43,663 nt of DNA from positions 1 through 43,663 of the forward strand of contig LUCC01000001.1 of assembly GCA_001593855.1 (NCBI GenBank). The letters run 5' to 3'. Of this stretch, positions 24,890-33,920 are shown piece after piece (position 1 is the stretch's first letter; each line of letters starts with the position of its first letter). A program made the translations under genes and the position numbers. The notes below the pieces were generated by a model. It made no database searches and was not told the origin of the DNA. It saw only the letters and a list, made by a program, of their open reading frames with translations. Source of the stretch: Candidatus Hecatellales archaeon B24 (GTDB lineage: Archaea > Thermoproteota > Bathyarchaeia > Hecatellales > Hecatellaceae).

Positions 24890-26121
24890 TGAAGGTGGAA
24901 GATAAAATGGGTAGAATTGCGACCGCTGCCATAATAGTGCTGCTGGTTTTATCGTTGGGCTTCAACCTGGTAAACTACTATTCAAACCAAGACTTAGAAG
25001 GTGAAATTTCAACTTTAAAAAAAGAGTATTCAGACATTAACAGTCAGCTTAAGAGTTTAGATCAGAAGCTTGAAGGCTTAACCGTAACTCCCACCCCGCA
25101 GACAGTAACTGTAACCGTTACAGCCACACCCAAGCCCAGTGAAGAGCTGGCTCCCCAAGAAGTTTTCAAGTACGCTGAAAAGTCGGTTGTGCAGATAGTT
25201 ACCAAGGTTGTAACCCCCTTCGGAGTGGAAGGCGGCCAGGGCTCAGGCTTCATATACAACAGCAAAGGCTACATTATAACAAATAACCATGTGGTTGAGG
25301 ATGCCTCCAGCATAGAAGTACGGTTCATAGACGGGTCATCCTTTGAGGCTGAAGTTGTAGGGACAGATCCGTACAGCGACCTTGCCGTCCTGAAAATTAA
25401 AAACCTGCCGAAAAATGTTAAACCCCTGAAGCTTGGCAGCTCTTCAGAGCTTGAGATAGGGGACACCGTTGTGGCTATAGGAAACCCTTACGGGCTCAGC
25501 GGAACCATGACGCTTGGTATAGTAAGCCAGCTTGGCAGGCTTCTGAGAGCTCCAGGAGGCTATCTTATCGTCGACGTAATCCAGACGGATGCTGCTGTGA
25601 ACCCTGGAAACTCCGGGGGGCCTCTCCTAAACCTTAAAGGCGAAGTTGTAGGAGTTAACACGGCCATAATCTCGCCTACCGGAGCCTTCGCAGGAATAGG
25701 CTTCGCCATCCCCTCCAACACCGTTAAAATCGTGGTTCCAGACCTGATCGAGAAGGGCTACCACCCCCACCCGTGGGTTGGAGTCAGAGGAACGGATGTA
25801 ACGCCAAGCCTTTCCAAAGTCCTAAAGCTTCCTGTTGAAAGGGGCTTCCTAATATCGGATGTGCTGAAGGGAAGCCCCGCTGAAAGGGCTGGGCTTAGAG
25901 GGGGGACCACCGTTAAGGTGGTTGACGGCCAGCATATAAGGGTGGGTGGAGACATAATAGTGGGCATAGACAACATTAAAACCAGGGGAATCGCCGACCT
26001 CCTCCTATACTTGGAGAGGCACGTTAAGATAGGCCAGAAAGTAACCCTCCACATTGTAAGAGACGGGAAAAGCATGGATGTAACTCTAATTATCGGGGAA
26101 AGGCCTCCCCCCTCCGAGTAG
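24889..26121 (+). CDS. HtrA/DegP-family serine protease with PDZ domain
   Basis: 410 aa. N-terminal TM and coiled coil; catalytic triad contexts TNNHVV, DLAVLK and GNSGGPL; C-terminal PDZ-like segment (GFLISDVLKGSPAERAGLRGG). Confidence 0.9.
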   Translation: MKVEDKMGRIATAAIIVLLVLSLGFNLVNYYSNQDLEGEISTLKKEYSDINSQLKSLDQKLEGLTVTPTPQTVTVTVTATPKPSEELAPQEVFKYAEKSVVQIVTKVVTPFGVEGGQGSGFIYNSKGYIITNNHVVEDASSIEVRFIDGSSFEAEVVGTDPYSDLAVLKIKNLPKNVKPLKLGSSSELEIGDTVVAIGNPYGLSGTMTLGIVSQLGRLLRAPGGYLIVDVIQTDAAVNPGNSGGPLLNLKGEVVGVNTAIISPTGAFAGIGFAIPSNTVKIVVPDLIEKGYHPHPWVGVRGTDVTPSLSKVLKLPVERGFLISDVLKGSPAERAGLRGGTTVKVVDGQHIRVGGDIIVGIDNIKTRGIADLLLYLERHVKIGQKVTLHIVRDGKSMDVTLIIGERPPPSE

Positions 26122-26139
26122 CCTTAAAGGAACGTTAGC

Positions 26140-26148
26140 TTTTATATA
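26140..26148 (+). promoter_or_regulatory. Candidate TATA box upstream of the atpH-like gene
   Basis: TTTTATATA lies about 30 nt upstream of the TTG at 26175, consistent with a short-leader or leaderless archaeal promoter. Based on position only. Confidence 0.35.
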
Positions 26149-26174
26149 GGAAAGGATTACTTGAAAAAGAATAC

Positions 26175-26522
26175 TTGGAAAGGTTTAGGAAGGCTGGGGG
26201 AAGGCTGTTGTCGCTGGAAGCCCTTAAAAAAATTAGGGAAATAGAGGAGGAAGCTAAAAAAATAATTGACGAATCCGAAGTTAAAGCCCAGCAGATAATC
26301 AGAAAAGCCGAGGAGGAAGCTGAGAAAATTAAGAAGGAAGGCTTAGAAAAAGGGAAGGTTGAAGCTAAAAAAATGGTGGAGGAGGCTGAATCCTCCATAG
26401 CGGAGAAGGTAAAGCAGGTTGAAGCTGAAGCTAAAACCCAGATTTCAGCCTTAAAGGAGAAAGCATCCAAAAACATGAGCAAAACCGTGGAAAAAATAGT
26501 AGCTGAAGTTTTGGGGGGTTAA
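26175..26522 (+). CDS. atpH: A/V-type ATP synthase subunit H-like (peripheral stalk, coiled coil)
   Basis: 115-aa E/K/A-rich coiled coil (LEALKKIREIEEEAKKIIDESEVKAQQIIRKAEEEAEKI) immediately upstream of the subunit E gene. The assignment rests on composition and position. Confidence 0.5.
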   Translation: MERFRKAGGRLLSLEALKKIREIEEEAKKIIDESEVKAQQIIRKAEEEAEKIKKEGLEKGKVEAKKMVEEAESSIAEKVKQVEAEAKTQISALKEKASKNMSKTVEKIVAEVLGG

Positions 26523-26525
26523 ACC

Positions 26526-27125
26526 ATGAGCCAGGCTGTAGCGAAGCTTGGAGAAGAAATAATAGAGGAAGCCAAAGCCGAAGCCCAGCGGAGACTGGCT
26601 AAAGCCGAAGAGGAAGCCAAAAAAATAGTTGAAGCCGCTAGGGCTGAAGCCGGCAGACTGGTGGAGGAAGCTAAGGCTAAAGCCGTGGAAGAAGTCAGCC
26701 TAATAGAGCGGAGAAGGCTGAGTGAAGCCAGAAGGAAGGCAGCCCTCAAGATCCTTGAAGAGAAAAATAAGCTTGTAGCTGAAGCCTTCAAGAAAGCCTA
26801 CAGCCAGCTGAAAAACCTCAAATTTGAAGCTTACAGCCAAAGCATTACAAGGCTTCTGGAGGCTTCCATACCAAGCATAGCCTCCGAGGAAGTGCAGGTA
26901 TGGCTTAACAAGCGTGACCTTGAAAGGCAGAATAGGCTGCTGAAAAACGTTAAGCTTCCCAAAGGAGTTAAACTGACGGTAGCCGAAAAACCTTTGGAAA
27001 CCATCGGAGGCTTCGTCCTGACAAGCCCCGACGGGAAAATAAAGCTTGACCAAACCTTCGAGGTGAGGCTTCAACACGTTGAAAAACTTTTGAGGAAGGA
27101 GCTTTCAAAAATACTGTTTGCTTGA
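26526..27125 (+). CDS. atpE: A/V-type ATP synthase subunit E
   Basis: 199 aa. N-terminal coiled coil and C-terminal globular part with IGGFVLTSPDGKIKLDQTFEVRL....LRKELSKILF, typical of subunit E. Confidence 0.7.
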   Translation: MSQAVAKLGEEIIEEAKAEAQRRLAKAEEEAKKIVEAARAEAGRLVEEAKAKAVEEVSLIERRRLSEARRKAALKILEEKNKLVAEAFKKAYSQLKNLKFEAYSQSITRLLEASIPSIASEEVQVWLNKRDLERQNRLLKNVKLPKGVKLTVAEKPLETIGGFVLTSPDGKIKLDQTFEVRLQHVEKLLRKELSKILFA

Positions 27126-27261
27126 AGACCGGCTGTTCTCTACCGAAAACTTCCTTATTCCAATAGCTGTTATCATGTCGGCTTTCACGGAGAGTTTACC
27201 TGGGAGACCGCAACCTCTTTAAGCCTTTTCCCTCCATACCGCCATTTAGGGCTGAAACCCT

Positions 27262-28326
27262 TTGAAGATTACAAGCCTGCCAGACCTCGCCAGGAAGCTT
27301 CCAAGCAGGGAAAGAAAGCTTTTCAAGAGAATCTTCCAGGTTGAGGAAGTTAGGGGAAAACTTAGAGTTCCTGAAGCCTTAAAACCTTGGGTTGAAGAAA
27401 AGTTTGGCAGCGTAAGCCTGGTTGAGAAACAGCGTGTTGTGAAGGTTACCAACAAGGTCACCTTGGAGGCAGCCTTCTTCAACCAGCTTAGAAGCAGAAG
27501 ACCTGTGGAGGCTTCGGGGAAAGCCTTAGAAAGCCTTCTAGAAGCCGGTGAATGTCTTTTCTGCAGGCCTGAAACGTTTACGGCAGAAGACGTTTTCGGC
27601 AGAATCCGTGGGAAACACGGGGTCACCGCAGCTAATATTGCCAAGTATGACTGCTGGCATGGCCTGGTAGTTTTCACAAGGCATAATCCGCTGGGCTACC
27701 GTCGTGAGGAGGTTTTAGACTGTCTAAGCTTAGCCTTCAAATGGTTTAGGCAGGTTAGAAAAGCCGACGGGAAAGCTGTTTTCCCCTTTCTGCTTTGGAA
27801 CTGCCTCTGGAGGAGCGGGGCCTCCATCGTTCACGGCCACCTCCAAATCGCCGTCAGCCGGAAGGTCTATCCTAAAATAGAATATCTGCGCCGGTGTGCC
27901 GCCCGCTACCAGGCGAAATACCGCTCAAACTATTTCCAAGACCTTTTCAAAGTTTACCGGGAGTTGGGGTTAACCTTCAAACGTGGAAGCGTTAGGGTTA
28001 TGGCAAGCTTAACGCCTGTGAAGGAGAAGGAAGTTATCCTGCTGGCTGATAAAGCCGACACCAGACTTTTCGAAGCCGTATACAGGGTTTTCAAGGTTTA
28101 CCGGAGGCTTGGAGTTTCCTCCTTCAACCTTTCCCTGGTGCCGCCTCCGATGGCTTCCGTAAGAGGCTGGCAGGGCTTCCCGGTTATAGCTCGAATGGTT
28201 GACAGGGGAAACCTTGAGGAGCGCACCTCCGACATGGGGGGAATGGAACTTTACGCGGCAAGCATAATAGCCTCAGACCCCTTCCAGCTGGCTGAAGAGC
28301 TGAAGAAAACCTTTAAAGCTTCATGA
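27262..28326 (+). CDS. Galactose-1-phosphate uridylyltransferase-like HIT-superfamily nucleotidyltransferase
   Basis: 354 aa. CLFCRPE (GalT-type CxxC zinc motif), NIAKYD, VFTRHN, and SGASIVHGHLQI (HxHxQ catalytic motif). Confidence 0.55.
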   Translation: MKITSLPDLARKLPSRERKLFKRIFQVEEVRGKLRVPEALKPWVEEKFGSVSLVEKQRVVKVTNKVTLEAAFFNQLRSRRPVEASGKALESLLEAGECLFCRPETFTAEDVFGRIRGKHGVTAANIAKYDCWHGLVVFTRHNPLGYRREEVLDCLSLAFKWFRQVRKADGKAVFPFLLWNCLWRSGASIVHGHLQIAVSRKVYPKIEYLRRCAARYQAKYRSNYFQDLFKVYRELGLTFKRGSVRVMASLTPVKEKEVILLADKADTRLFEAVYRVFKVYRRLGVSSFNLSLVPPPMASVRGWQGFPVIARMVDRGNLEERTSDMGGMELYAASIIASDPFQLAEELKKTFKAS

Positions 28327-28477
28327 AGCCGGGTTGGCTTCTCAAAAATACATAAAAATGGCTTTCTCCTCCATTAACTTAGGTATATTAGTAGGCTAAA
28401 TTTGAACAGGCAGGCTGGGCTCCAGCCTGGTTTGAAGCTTGCTGGTTAAGTTTTGCCTTTCCTCGGGGGAGGCTGAA

Positions 28478-29572
28478 ATGGGAGTATTTATGGTGGTTAC
28501 GCATGGCAGAAGCTCTCTTGACCTTTACAGTTTAAGGCTTTCACAATATCTGGATGTTCCAGCTCTCCACACAGACATATACCAAGAGCTCTCCAAGGTT
28601 TTCAATAGGTTTCTTCCTCCTTCAATCGTTGCTTTCACCTTGAAGTCTCTAAACTTTATTAGGAGGCTTAAGGCGACTCCCGGGGTGCCTCACCTTCCAA
28701 ACCATCATCTTGGAAGGTTCACCCGCCTCCTGAGGAAGCCTTTCATTATAACAGTTCACGACCTGATACGCTACTTGGATACGGTGGGATATCTCGGTTC
28801 GCCTTTAATCCGCAGACCTGGGAAATGGGATGCGCTAGGTTTCACTTTAGACTTTAAAGCCGTAAGAAAGGCTCTCAGGGTGATTGCCCCGTCAAACCAG
28901 ACCAAAAAAGACCTAGTAAAGCTTCTACGTGTTCCAGAATGGAAAATTAAGGTTATCCACCACGGTGTCGACCGGGTTTTCAAGCCAACCTTCAGTAAGC
29001 GTCCATGCGAGGAACCATACATCCTCTACGTTGGCTCAGAGCATCCTAGGAAAAACCTTAAAACACTGCTCAGAGCCTTCAGCCTGCTTAAAAAAGACTC
29101 AAGATACCGTAGGCTTAAGCTTGTTAAGGTTGGAAGGGCTGGAGGAGGAGAATGCGATTTCAGAGGAGAAACCATGAGAATGGTTAAAGCCTTAAAAATC
29201 GAAAATGACGTAGTTTTCACCGGCTGGTGTTCCTCGGAGGACCTGGCCAGCTACTACAGTCAGGCTGAGGTTTTCGCTTTCCCCTCCGTGTATGAAGGCT
29301 TCGGCTGGCCTCCCCTCGAGGCCATGGCCTGCGGATGCCCCGTGGTATCCTCCAACGCAAGCAGTATGCCGGAAATCCTCGGCGGCGCAGCCTTACTTGT
29401 GAACCCCTACGATGTTGAAGGTTGGAGGCAGGCTCTTGACAGGGTTTTAAGCAGCGACAGGCTGAGAAGCAGGCTTTCAGCCCTAGGAATGGGTAGGGCG
29501 AAAAATTTCACGTGGGAGAAAACTGCCAAGCAGACCTTAGAGGTCTACATGGAAGTTGAAAGGCTTCTCTGA
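28478..29572 (+). CDS. Glycosyltransferase, GT4 family (Glycos_transf_1)
   Basis: C-terminal E-x7-E region FPSVYEGFGWPPLEAMACGCPVVSSNASSMPEI. I chose the ATG at 28478, 6 nt after GGGGGAGG, over the track TTG at 28439. Confidence 0.85.
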   Translation: MGVFMVVTHGRSSLDLYSLRLSQYLDVPALHTDIYQELSKVFNRFLPPSIVAFTLKSLNFIRRLKATPGVPHLPNHHLGRFTRLLRKPFIITVHDLIRYLDTVGYLGSPLIRRPGKWDALGFTLDFKAVRKALRVIAPSNQTKKDLVKLLRVPEWKIKVIHHGVDRVFKPTFSKRPCEEPYILYVGSEHPRKNLKTLLRAFSLLKKDSRYRRLKLVKVGRAGGGECDFRGETMRMVKALKIENDVVFTGWCSSEDLASYYSQAEVFAFPSVYEGFGWPPLEAMACGCPVVSSNASSMPEILGGAALLVNPYDVEGWRQALDRVLSSDRLRSRLSALGMGRAKNFTWEKTAKQTLEVYMEVERLL

Positions 29573-29584
29573 AGCGGGGAGGCT

Positions 29585-30355
29585 TCACTTCAGGGTTTTT
29601 CTTGCGAAGGTTAGGTAGCCTGTGTGGGCTACTGTCAATGTTTCAGGCCTAGTTCTTCCAGCCTCAACTTGGTAGCGTCTGATGAGGCATTCGACGGTTT
29701 CCACATCGGTGAAGTCAGAGGCTTTTAGGGTTTCAACGGTTTTCACCACCTGCTCTATGGTTGGGCTGAAGGAGGCGAAAACCCCGCTTGGCTTCAAGGC
29801 TTCCCAAGCGTTTTCCACTACAAGCCAGGGGGTTGCCATGTCCAAGACCACGGCGTCCACGTTTTCCTCCTCTATGCTTCGGGTTACATCTCCCTCCTTC
29901 AAGGTTACGTACTCCAAGACTCCTGCCCTTTCAAGGTTTCTACGGGCTGCCTCTAAGATTTCTCTTCTGACCTCGTAGCTGTAAACGTGGCCTGAAGGCT
30001 TAACCTGGTGGGCTAGGATGCTGGTTAAGGCGGCGCTTCCCGTTCCTGCTTCAACAACCTTTGAGCCGGGTTCTATGCCAGCGTATAAGACTATGAGGGC
30101 CATGTCCTTAGGGTAGATTATCTGGGTTCTCCTCGCAAATTTTACGGCGTAATCTTTGGGGAGAGGCTTTAAAGCGTAGAAGGTAACTCCAAGGCTGCTT
30201 TCAACCTTAACCCCGTAGGGTCTGCCGATTAGCTTCCCAAGCTTAACCACGCCCTTATGGGTGTGAAACTCTTCGTCAGCCTTAACCCTAACCAGATACT
30301 TCCGCCGCCCGTCCAAGTATAGCAGAAGGTCTTTTCCCTCCTCTATGGTTTCCAA
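29585..30355 (-). CDS. trmI: tRNA (adenine-N1)-methyltransferase TrmI/Gcd14 family
   Basis: 256 aa. N-terminal beta domain, SAM motif PGSKVVEAGTGSAALTSILA, and a DAVVLDMATPW motif. Confidence 0.8.
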   Translation of the reverse strand: METIEEGKDLLLYLDGRRKYLVRVKADEEFHTHKGVVKLGKLIGRPYGVKVESSLGVTFYALKPLPKDYAVKFARRTQIIYPKDMALIVLYAGIEPGSKVVEAGTGSAALTSILAHQVKPSGHVYSYEVRREILEAARRNLERAGVLEYVTLKEGDVTRSIEEENVDAVVLDMATPWLVVENAWEALKPSGVFASFSPTIEQVVKTVETLKASDFTDVETVECLIRRYQVEAGRTRPETLTVAHTGYLTFARKTLK

Positions 30356-30394
30356 GCTTTATAGACCCCTAAAAAATAGTTTAAACCGGAAGCT

Positions 30395-30964
30395 TTAAGA
30401 GGTTAATCTCCCACAGAGCTTCACGAAGTTCTCCAAGACGAGGGGGCCGTCGTTTCCCTCTCCCACCTCAGGATGAAACTGGACGGCGAAGAAAGGCTTA
30501 AACCGGTGTTTCACAGCCTGAATTTTGCAGGTCTCCGAGCTGGCATAGTTTTCGAAGGGGCCTTTCAAGTCTAAAAGTTCGTAGTCATGGTTTTCATAGA
30601 CTAGAAGCTCGCTTCTACCCGGAGCCAGAGGATACTCCCGGGAAAACCTTATCCATGTTAAGCCTACCTCGCTTAGGCTGAGCCTTCTCATCCTACAGCC
30701 GTGGCAGTGGCCGAGGATTCTAAGCCCCAAACATATGGCGAGCACAGGGATTTCAGCAAGCCCGTAAAGCCTGCAATACCATTCCAAGTGTTCCCTCCTA
30801 GTTTTGCCAGGAATAATGCCTCCTGAAACGATGAGGCCTGCATAGGCCTTCAGGTTCAGGGTTTCCATGGGCTGTTTAACGTCGTAGGCCACGTTCAAGC
30901 CTTCCAGCACCTCTAAAAGCTCCTTTAAAGTTTCGCTTCTGTTGTTCAAAACCAAGATTTTCAC
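30395..30964 (-). CDS. Class I glutamine amidotransferase (GuaA-A/TrpG-like small subunit)
   Basis: 189 aa. Nucleophile elbow PVLAICLGLRIL and VQFHPEV His/Glu motif. The GTG start overlaps the aminotransferase stop (GTGA). Confidence 0.65.
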   Translation of the reverse strand: MKILVLNNRSETLKELLEVLEGLNVAYDVKQPMETLNLKAYAGLIVSGGIIPGKTRREHLEWYCRLYGLAEIPVLAICLGLRILGHCHGCRMRRLSLSEVGLTWIRFSREYPLAPGRSELLVYENHDYELLDLKGPFENYASSETCKIQAVKHRFKPFFAVQFHPEVGEGNDGPLVLENFVKLCGRLTS

Positions 30965-32145
30965 GTTGAAACAGTTCCCTCCCAGCCTTCTTCAACCGTC
31001 AGCCTAATTCGCTCCGCAGCCTCCTTAAGGTTTTCTATGGATGCGGAGTAGGATATGCGTAGGTGTCCTTCGCCAGCTTCCCCGAAGCCTACGCCGGGGC
31101 TTGTCACCACATGGGCTTTCTCCGCTAGGAACCTTGCAAACTTGAAGGAGTCTCTTTCCAGGCTTGAAATGTTTGGGAATAGGTAGAAGGCTCCCTTCGG
31201 CTTGGAAACCTTGAAGCCTTTAACCCTGCTTAGAGCTTCATAAACAAGCTTTCTCCTCCTGTCGTATTCCCTAATCATCTTGGAAACGTAGGGTTCACCC
31301 TTTTCCAGGGCTGCCAGTGCAGCCTTCTGGGAGATGCTGCTGGCGCATACGTTTACCGCACCCCGCAGCTTCAGGATTCCGCTTACAGCTTTTTCAGGGC
31401 CTGCCACGTAGCCGATTCTCCAGCCTGTCATAGCGTAGGTTTTAGAGAAGCTTCCGACGACAACGGTTCTCTCCGCCATTCCTGGAAATGAAGCAATGCT
31501 GACATGTTTTTCTCCTTCAAAGACAAATCTTTCGTAGACTTCGTCTGAAATCACATAGAGGTCGTGGTCTACGGCTATCTCAGCTAAAGCCTTTAAAGTG
31601 TTCTCGCCGTATACGGCTCCCGTAGGGTTGCAGGGGCTGTTAACCATCATAAGCTTTGTTTTACCGGTGATTTTCTTCAGGGTTTCCTCTGGAACGGGGT
31701 TGAAGTTTTCTTTCTCCACGGGTATGAGCACAGGTCTGCCCATGGCAGCTATCACGGCTGAAAAGTAAGGCGGATAGTAGGGGCTGAAAATTATAGCTTC
31801 ATCTCCCTGGTCTACTAGGGCCATGATGGTGGCGAAGAGGGCTTCGGAGCTCCCCCCCGTCACGATGATTTCTCTTTCAGGGTTATACTCCAAGCCCAGG
31901 CTGGCTTTCAACTGTTCGGCTAGGGCTTCCCTAAGCGGTTTTATACCTCTCTCACCGGTGTAGTGGGTGAAGCCTTCCTCCATAGCCTTCTTTCCAGCTT
32001 CGATTATAGGCTGGGGGGTTGCAAAGTCTGGCTCGCCAATGTTGAGGTATATCATGTCTTCGAAGCCCAGCTTTGCAGCGTAGTCTCTCATTTCCCGGTG
32101 GAGAGGACGCTTAATCTGCTCTCCCCTAGAGGCTAAACTCTTCAA
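30961..32145 (-). CDS. Aspartate/aromatic aminotransferase (PLP-dependent, class I)
   Basis: 394 aa. NSPCNPTGAVY and the PLP-lysine motif SFSKTYAMTGWRIGY. Confidence 0.9.
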   Translation of the reverse strand: MKSLASRGEQIKRPLHREMRDYAAKLGFEDMIYLNIGEPDFATPQPIIEAGKKAMEEGFTHYTGERGIKPLREALAEQLKASLGLEYNPEREIIVTGGSSEALFATIMALVDQGDEAIIFSPYYPPYFSAVIAAMGRPVLIPVEKENFNPVPEETLKKITGKTKLMMVNSPCNPTGAVYGENTLKALAEIAVDHDLYVISDEVYERFVFEGEKHVSIASFPGMAERTVVVGSFSKTYAMTGWRIGYVAGPEKAVSGILKLRGAVNVCASSISQKAALAALEKGEPYVSKMIREYDRRRKLVYEALSRVKGFKVSKPKGAFYLFPNISSLERDSFKFARFLAEKAHVVTSPGVGFGEAGEGHLRISYSASIENLKEAAERIRLTVEEGWEGTVST

Positions 32146-32321
32146 GCAGACTTCAACTCCTTAAACATTAGCCAGCTAACCATATTAATTTAGTTTTCCT
32201 TGGTGGGAAAAGGTATTTTTATACTTAAAGCGGCGTTTACTCGGAAAGGAAAAAAGGCCTTTTTCCCTGTAAAAGTTTTGAAAATGGTTTACCGCCGTTA
32301 AATACTGATTTATATAGCTCG

Positions 32322-32675
32322 TTGAGTGAATTTCCTAGAGGTCTGTTGGAGATGGCGGCAAGTAAAAGAAAAGCTTTAAAGCGGAAGGTTAAGCAGAAAC
32401 TTGAGGTTTGGAAGGAGGTTCTGCCTTCCATAGGAAAGGCTGAACTTTATAGGCTTGTTTGCAGGCTTAAACGTCATGCCAGAATTTTCTCCTGCAGGGT
32501 TGAACGGGATGGTAAAGTCTCCCTCATCCTCGGTTACACTTCAACCAGGAAGCGTGTTAACACGCGTGTTTTGATTTCAAGCTGGATTGGGAAAAGAAGC
32601 TACAATTCTTACAAGCTTTCAAACTACAAGGTGAAAGGCGAACTTAAAAGGTTCACGGTGAAATATCCCTTCTAA
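32322..32675 (+). CDS. Hypothetical basic protein
   Basis: 117-aa K/R-rich ORF in an AT-rich 800-bp gap, followed by a hairpin and a T-run. The start is uncertain (TTG 32322 or ATG 32352). No family recognised. Confidence 0.35.
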   Translation: MSEFPRGLLEMAASKRKALKRKVKQKLEVWKEVLPSIGKAELYRLVCRLKRHARIFSCRVERDGKVSLILGYTSTRKRVNTRVLISSWIGKRSYNSYKLSNYKVKGELKRFTVKYPF

Positions 32676-32683
32676 ATTAACGC

Positions 32684-32701
32684 GGTTTTCCACCGAAAAC
32701 C
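32684..32701 (+). terminator. Hairpin plus T-rich tract after ORF 32322..32675
   Basis: GGTTTTC-CACC-GAAAACC (7-bp stem) is followed by CGTTTGTTT and further T-runs (CTGTTTTTC, CTGTTTTTG). Confidence 0.3.
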
Positions 32702-32794
32702 CGTTTGTTTACCTGTTTTTCTAAATCAATCTGTTTTTGAAGCATAAATTTTTTAAACTATAGGTCCAAAAGTATAAGGTTGGGGAGAAGAAAA

Positions 32795-32854
32795 ATGGCT
32801 AGAAAGAAAACGGCAAAGAAGAAGACCAAGGCTAAGAAAAAGAAGAAAAAATAG
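32795..32854 (+). CDS. Candidate 19-codon lysine-rich micro-ORF (MARKKTAKKKTKAKKKKKK)
   Basis: The ATG is preceded by GGGGAGAAG and an upstream TTTTTTAAA box. The ORF lies in a polypurine tract about 90 nt upstream of pdxS. Coding status is unproven. Confidence 0.25.
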   Translation: MARKKTAKKKTKAKKKKKK

Positions 32855-32947
32855 TTCGTCTGGGCAAGCTTACTTCGAAAAGTTAACCCAGAAATCCTAG
32901 TTGATTTTTTAGAGGATTTTTCCTCTTTTTATGGACGCTATGTTTTT

Positions 32948-33913
32948 ATGGTGGAATATGAGATGAATGGTTTAGGTGTAATAGTGTTGGAGCGAATTAT
33001 CGTTAAACCTTCTGAGAAGGTGGAGCCTGTTTACGGAACTGTCACCGTGAAGCGTGGGTTCGCCAGAATGCAGAAGGGCGGGGTAATCATGGATGTTACC
33101 AACGTTGAGCAGGCTCAAACAGCTGAGGAAGCAGGTGCCGTAGCCGTAATGGTGCTTGACAAGCTTCCAGCCGACGTGCGGAAGGCCGGAGGCGTAGCCC
33201 GCATGTGCGACGTGAAAATCATAGAGGAAGTTATGGACCATATAACCATTCCTGTAATGGCGAAATGCCGGATTGGGCATTACATGGAAGCCAGGGTTCT
33301 CGAAGCCATAGGCGTGGACATGATAGATGAAAGCGAAGTTTTAACCCCCGCTGACGAGCACCACCACATAAACAAATGGGAATTCAAAGTTCCCTTCGTG
33401 AACGGGGCGAGAAACCTTGGTGAAGCCCTAAGACGTATAGCCGAAGGAGCTTCCATGATTAGAACTAAGGGTGAAGCTGGAACTGGGAACGTGGCTGAAG
33501 CTGTGAGGCATGTTAAAGAGGTGATGGGCAGGATAAGAGAGCTACAAAGCATGAACGACGAGCAGCTCTTAGACGTGGCTAGAGAGCTAAAGGTTCCCTT
33601 CGAGCTTGTGAAGGAAACCGCCCTGCTTGGAAGGCTTCCAGTGGTGAATTTCGCAGCTGGAGGAATAGCAACCCCAGCTGACGCTGCCCTCATGATGCAT
33701 CTTGGCTGCGACGGCGTCTTCGTAGGTTCAGGCATCTTCAAGTCTGATGACCCCCTAGAGAGGGCTAAAGCCATAGTGATGGCTACAACCTTCTGGGATG
33801 ACCCTGAAACCGTGGCTGAAGCCTGTAAAATGGTGGTTGAGAAAAAGTCCATGTCAGGCGTAGACATTAAAACCCTCAAACCCGAAGAGCTCATGCAAAC
33901 CCGGGGGCAGTAA
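32948..33913 (+). CDS. pdxS: Pyridoxal 5'-phosphate synthase, lyase subunit PdxS
   Basis: [33 protein letters not shown] and GEAGTGNV motifs. An N-terminal extension means the start could be the ATG at 32963. Confidence 0.95.
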   Translation: MVEYEMNGLGVIVLERIIVKPSEKVEPVYGTVTVKRGFARMQKGGVIMDVTNVEQAQTAEEAGAVAVMVLDKLPADVRKAGGVARMCDVKIIEEVMDHITIPVMAKCRIGHYMEARVLEAIGVDMIDESEVLTPADEHHHINKWEFKVPFVNGARNLGEALRRIAEGASMIRTKGEAGTGNVAEAVRHVKEVMGRIRELQSMNDEQLLDVARELKVPFELVKETALLGRLPVVNFAAGGIATPADAALMMHLGCDGVFVGSGIFKSDDPLERAKAIVMATTFWDDPETVAEACKMVVEKKSMSGVDIKTLKPEELMQTRGQ

Positions 33914-33920
33914 GCAAGCT

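Noticed and set aside
25081-25140. Repetitive ACN/GTN codons encoding TVTPTPQTVTVTVTATPKPS in the HtrA-like protein
   Set aside because: This is a low-complexity Thr/Val/Pro linker between the N-terminal anchor and the protease domain. It is ordinary for secreted archaeal proteins and is not a DNA-level repeat element.
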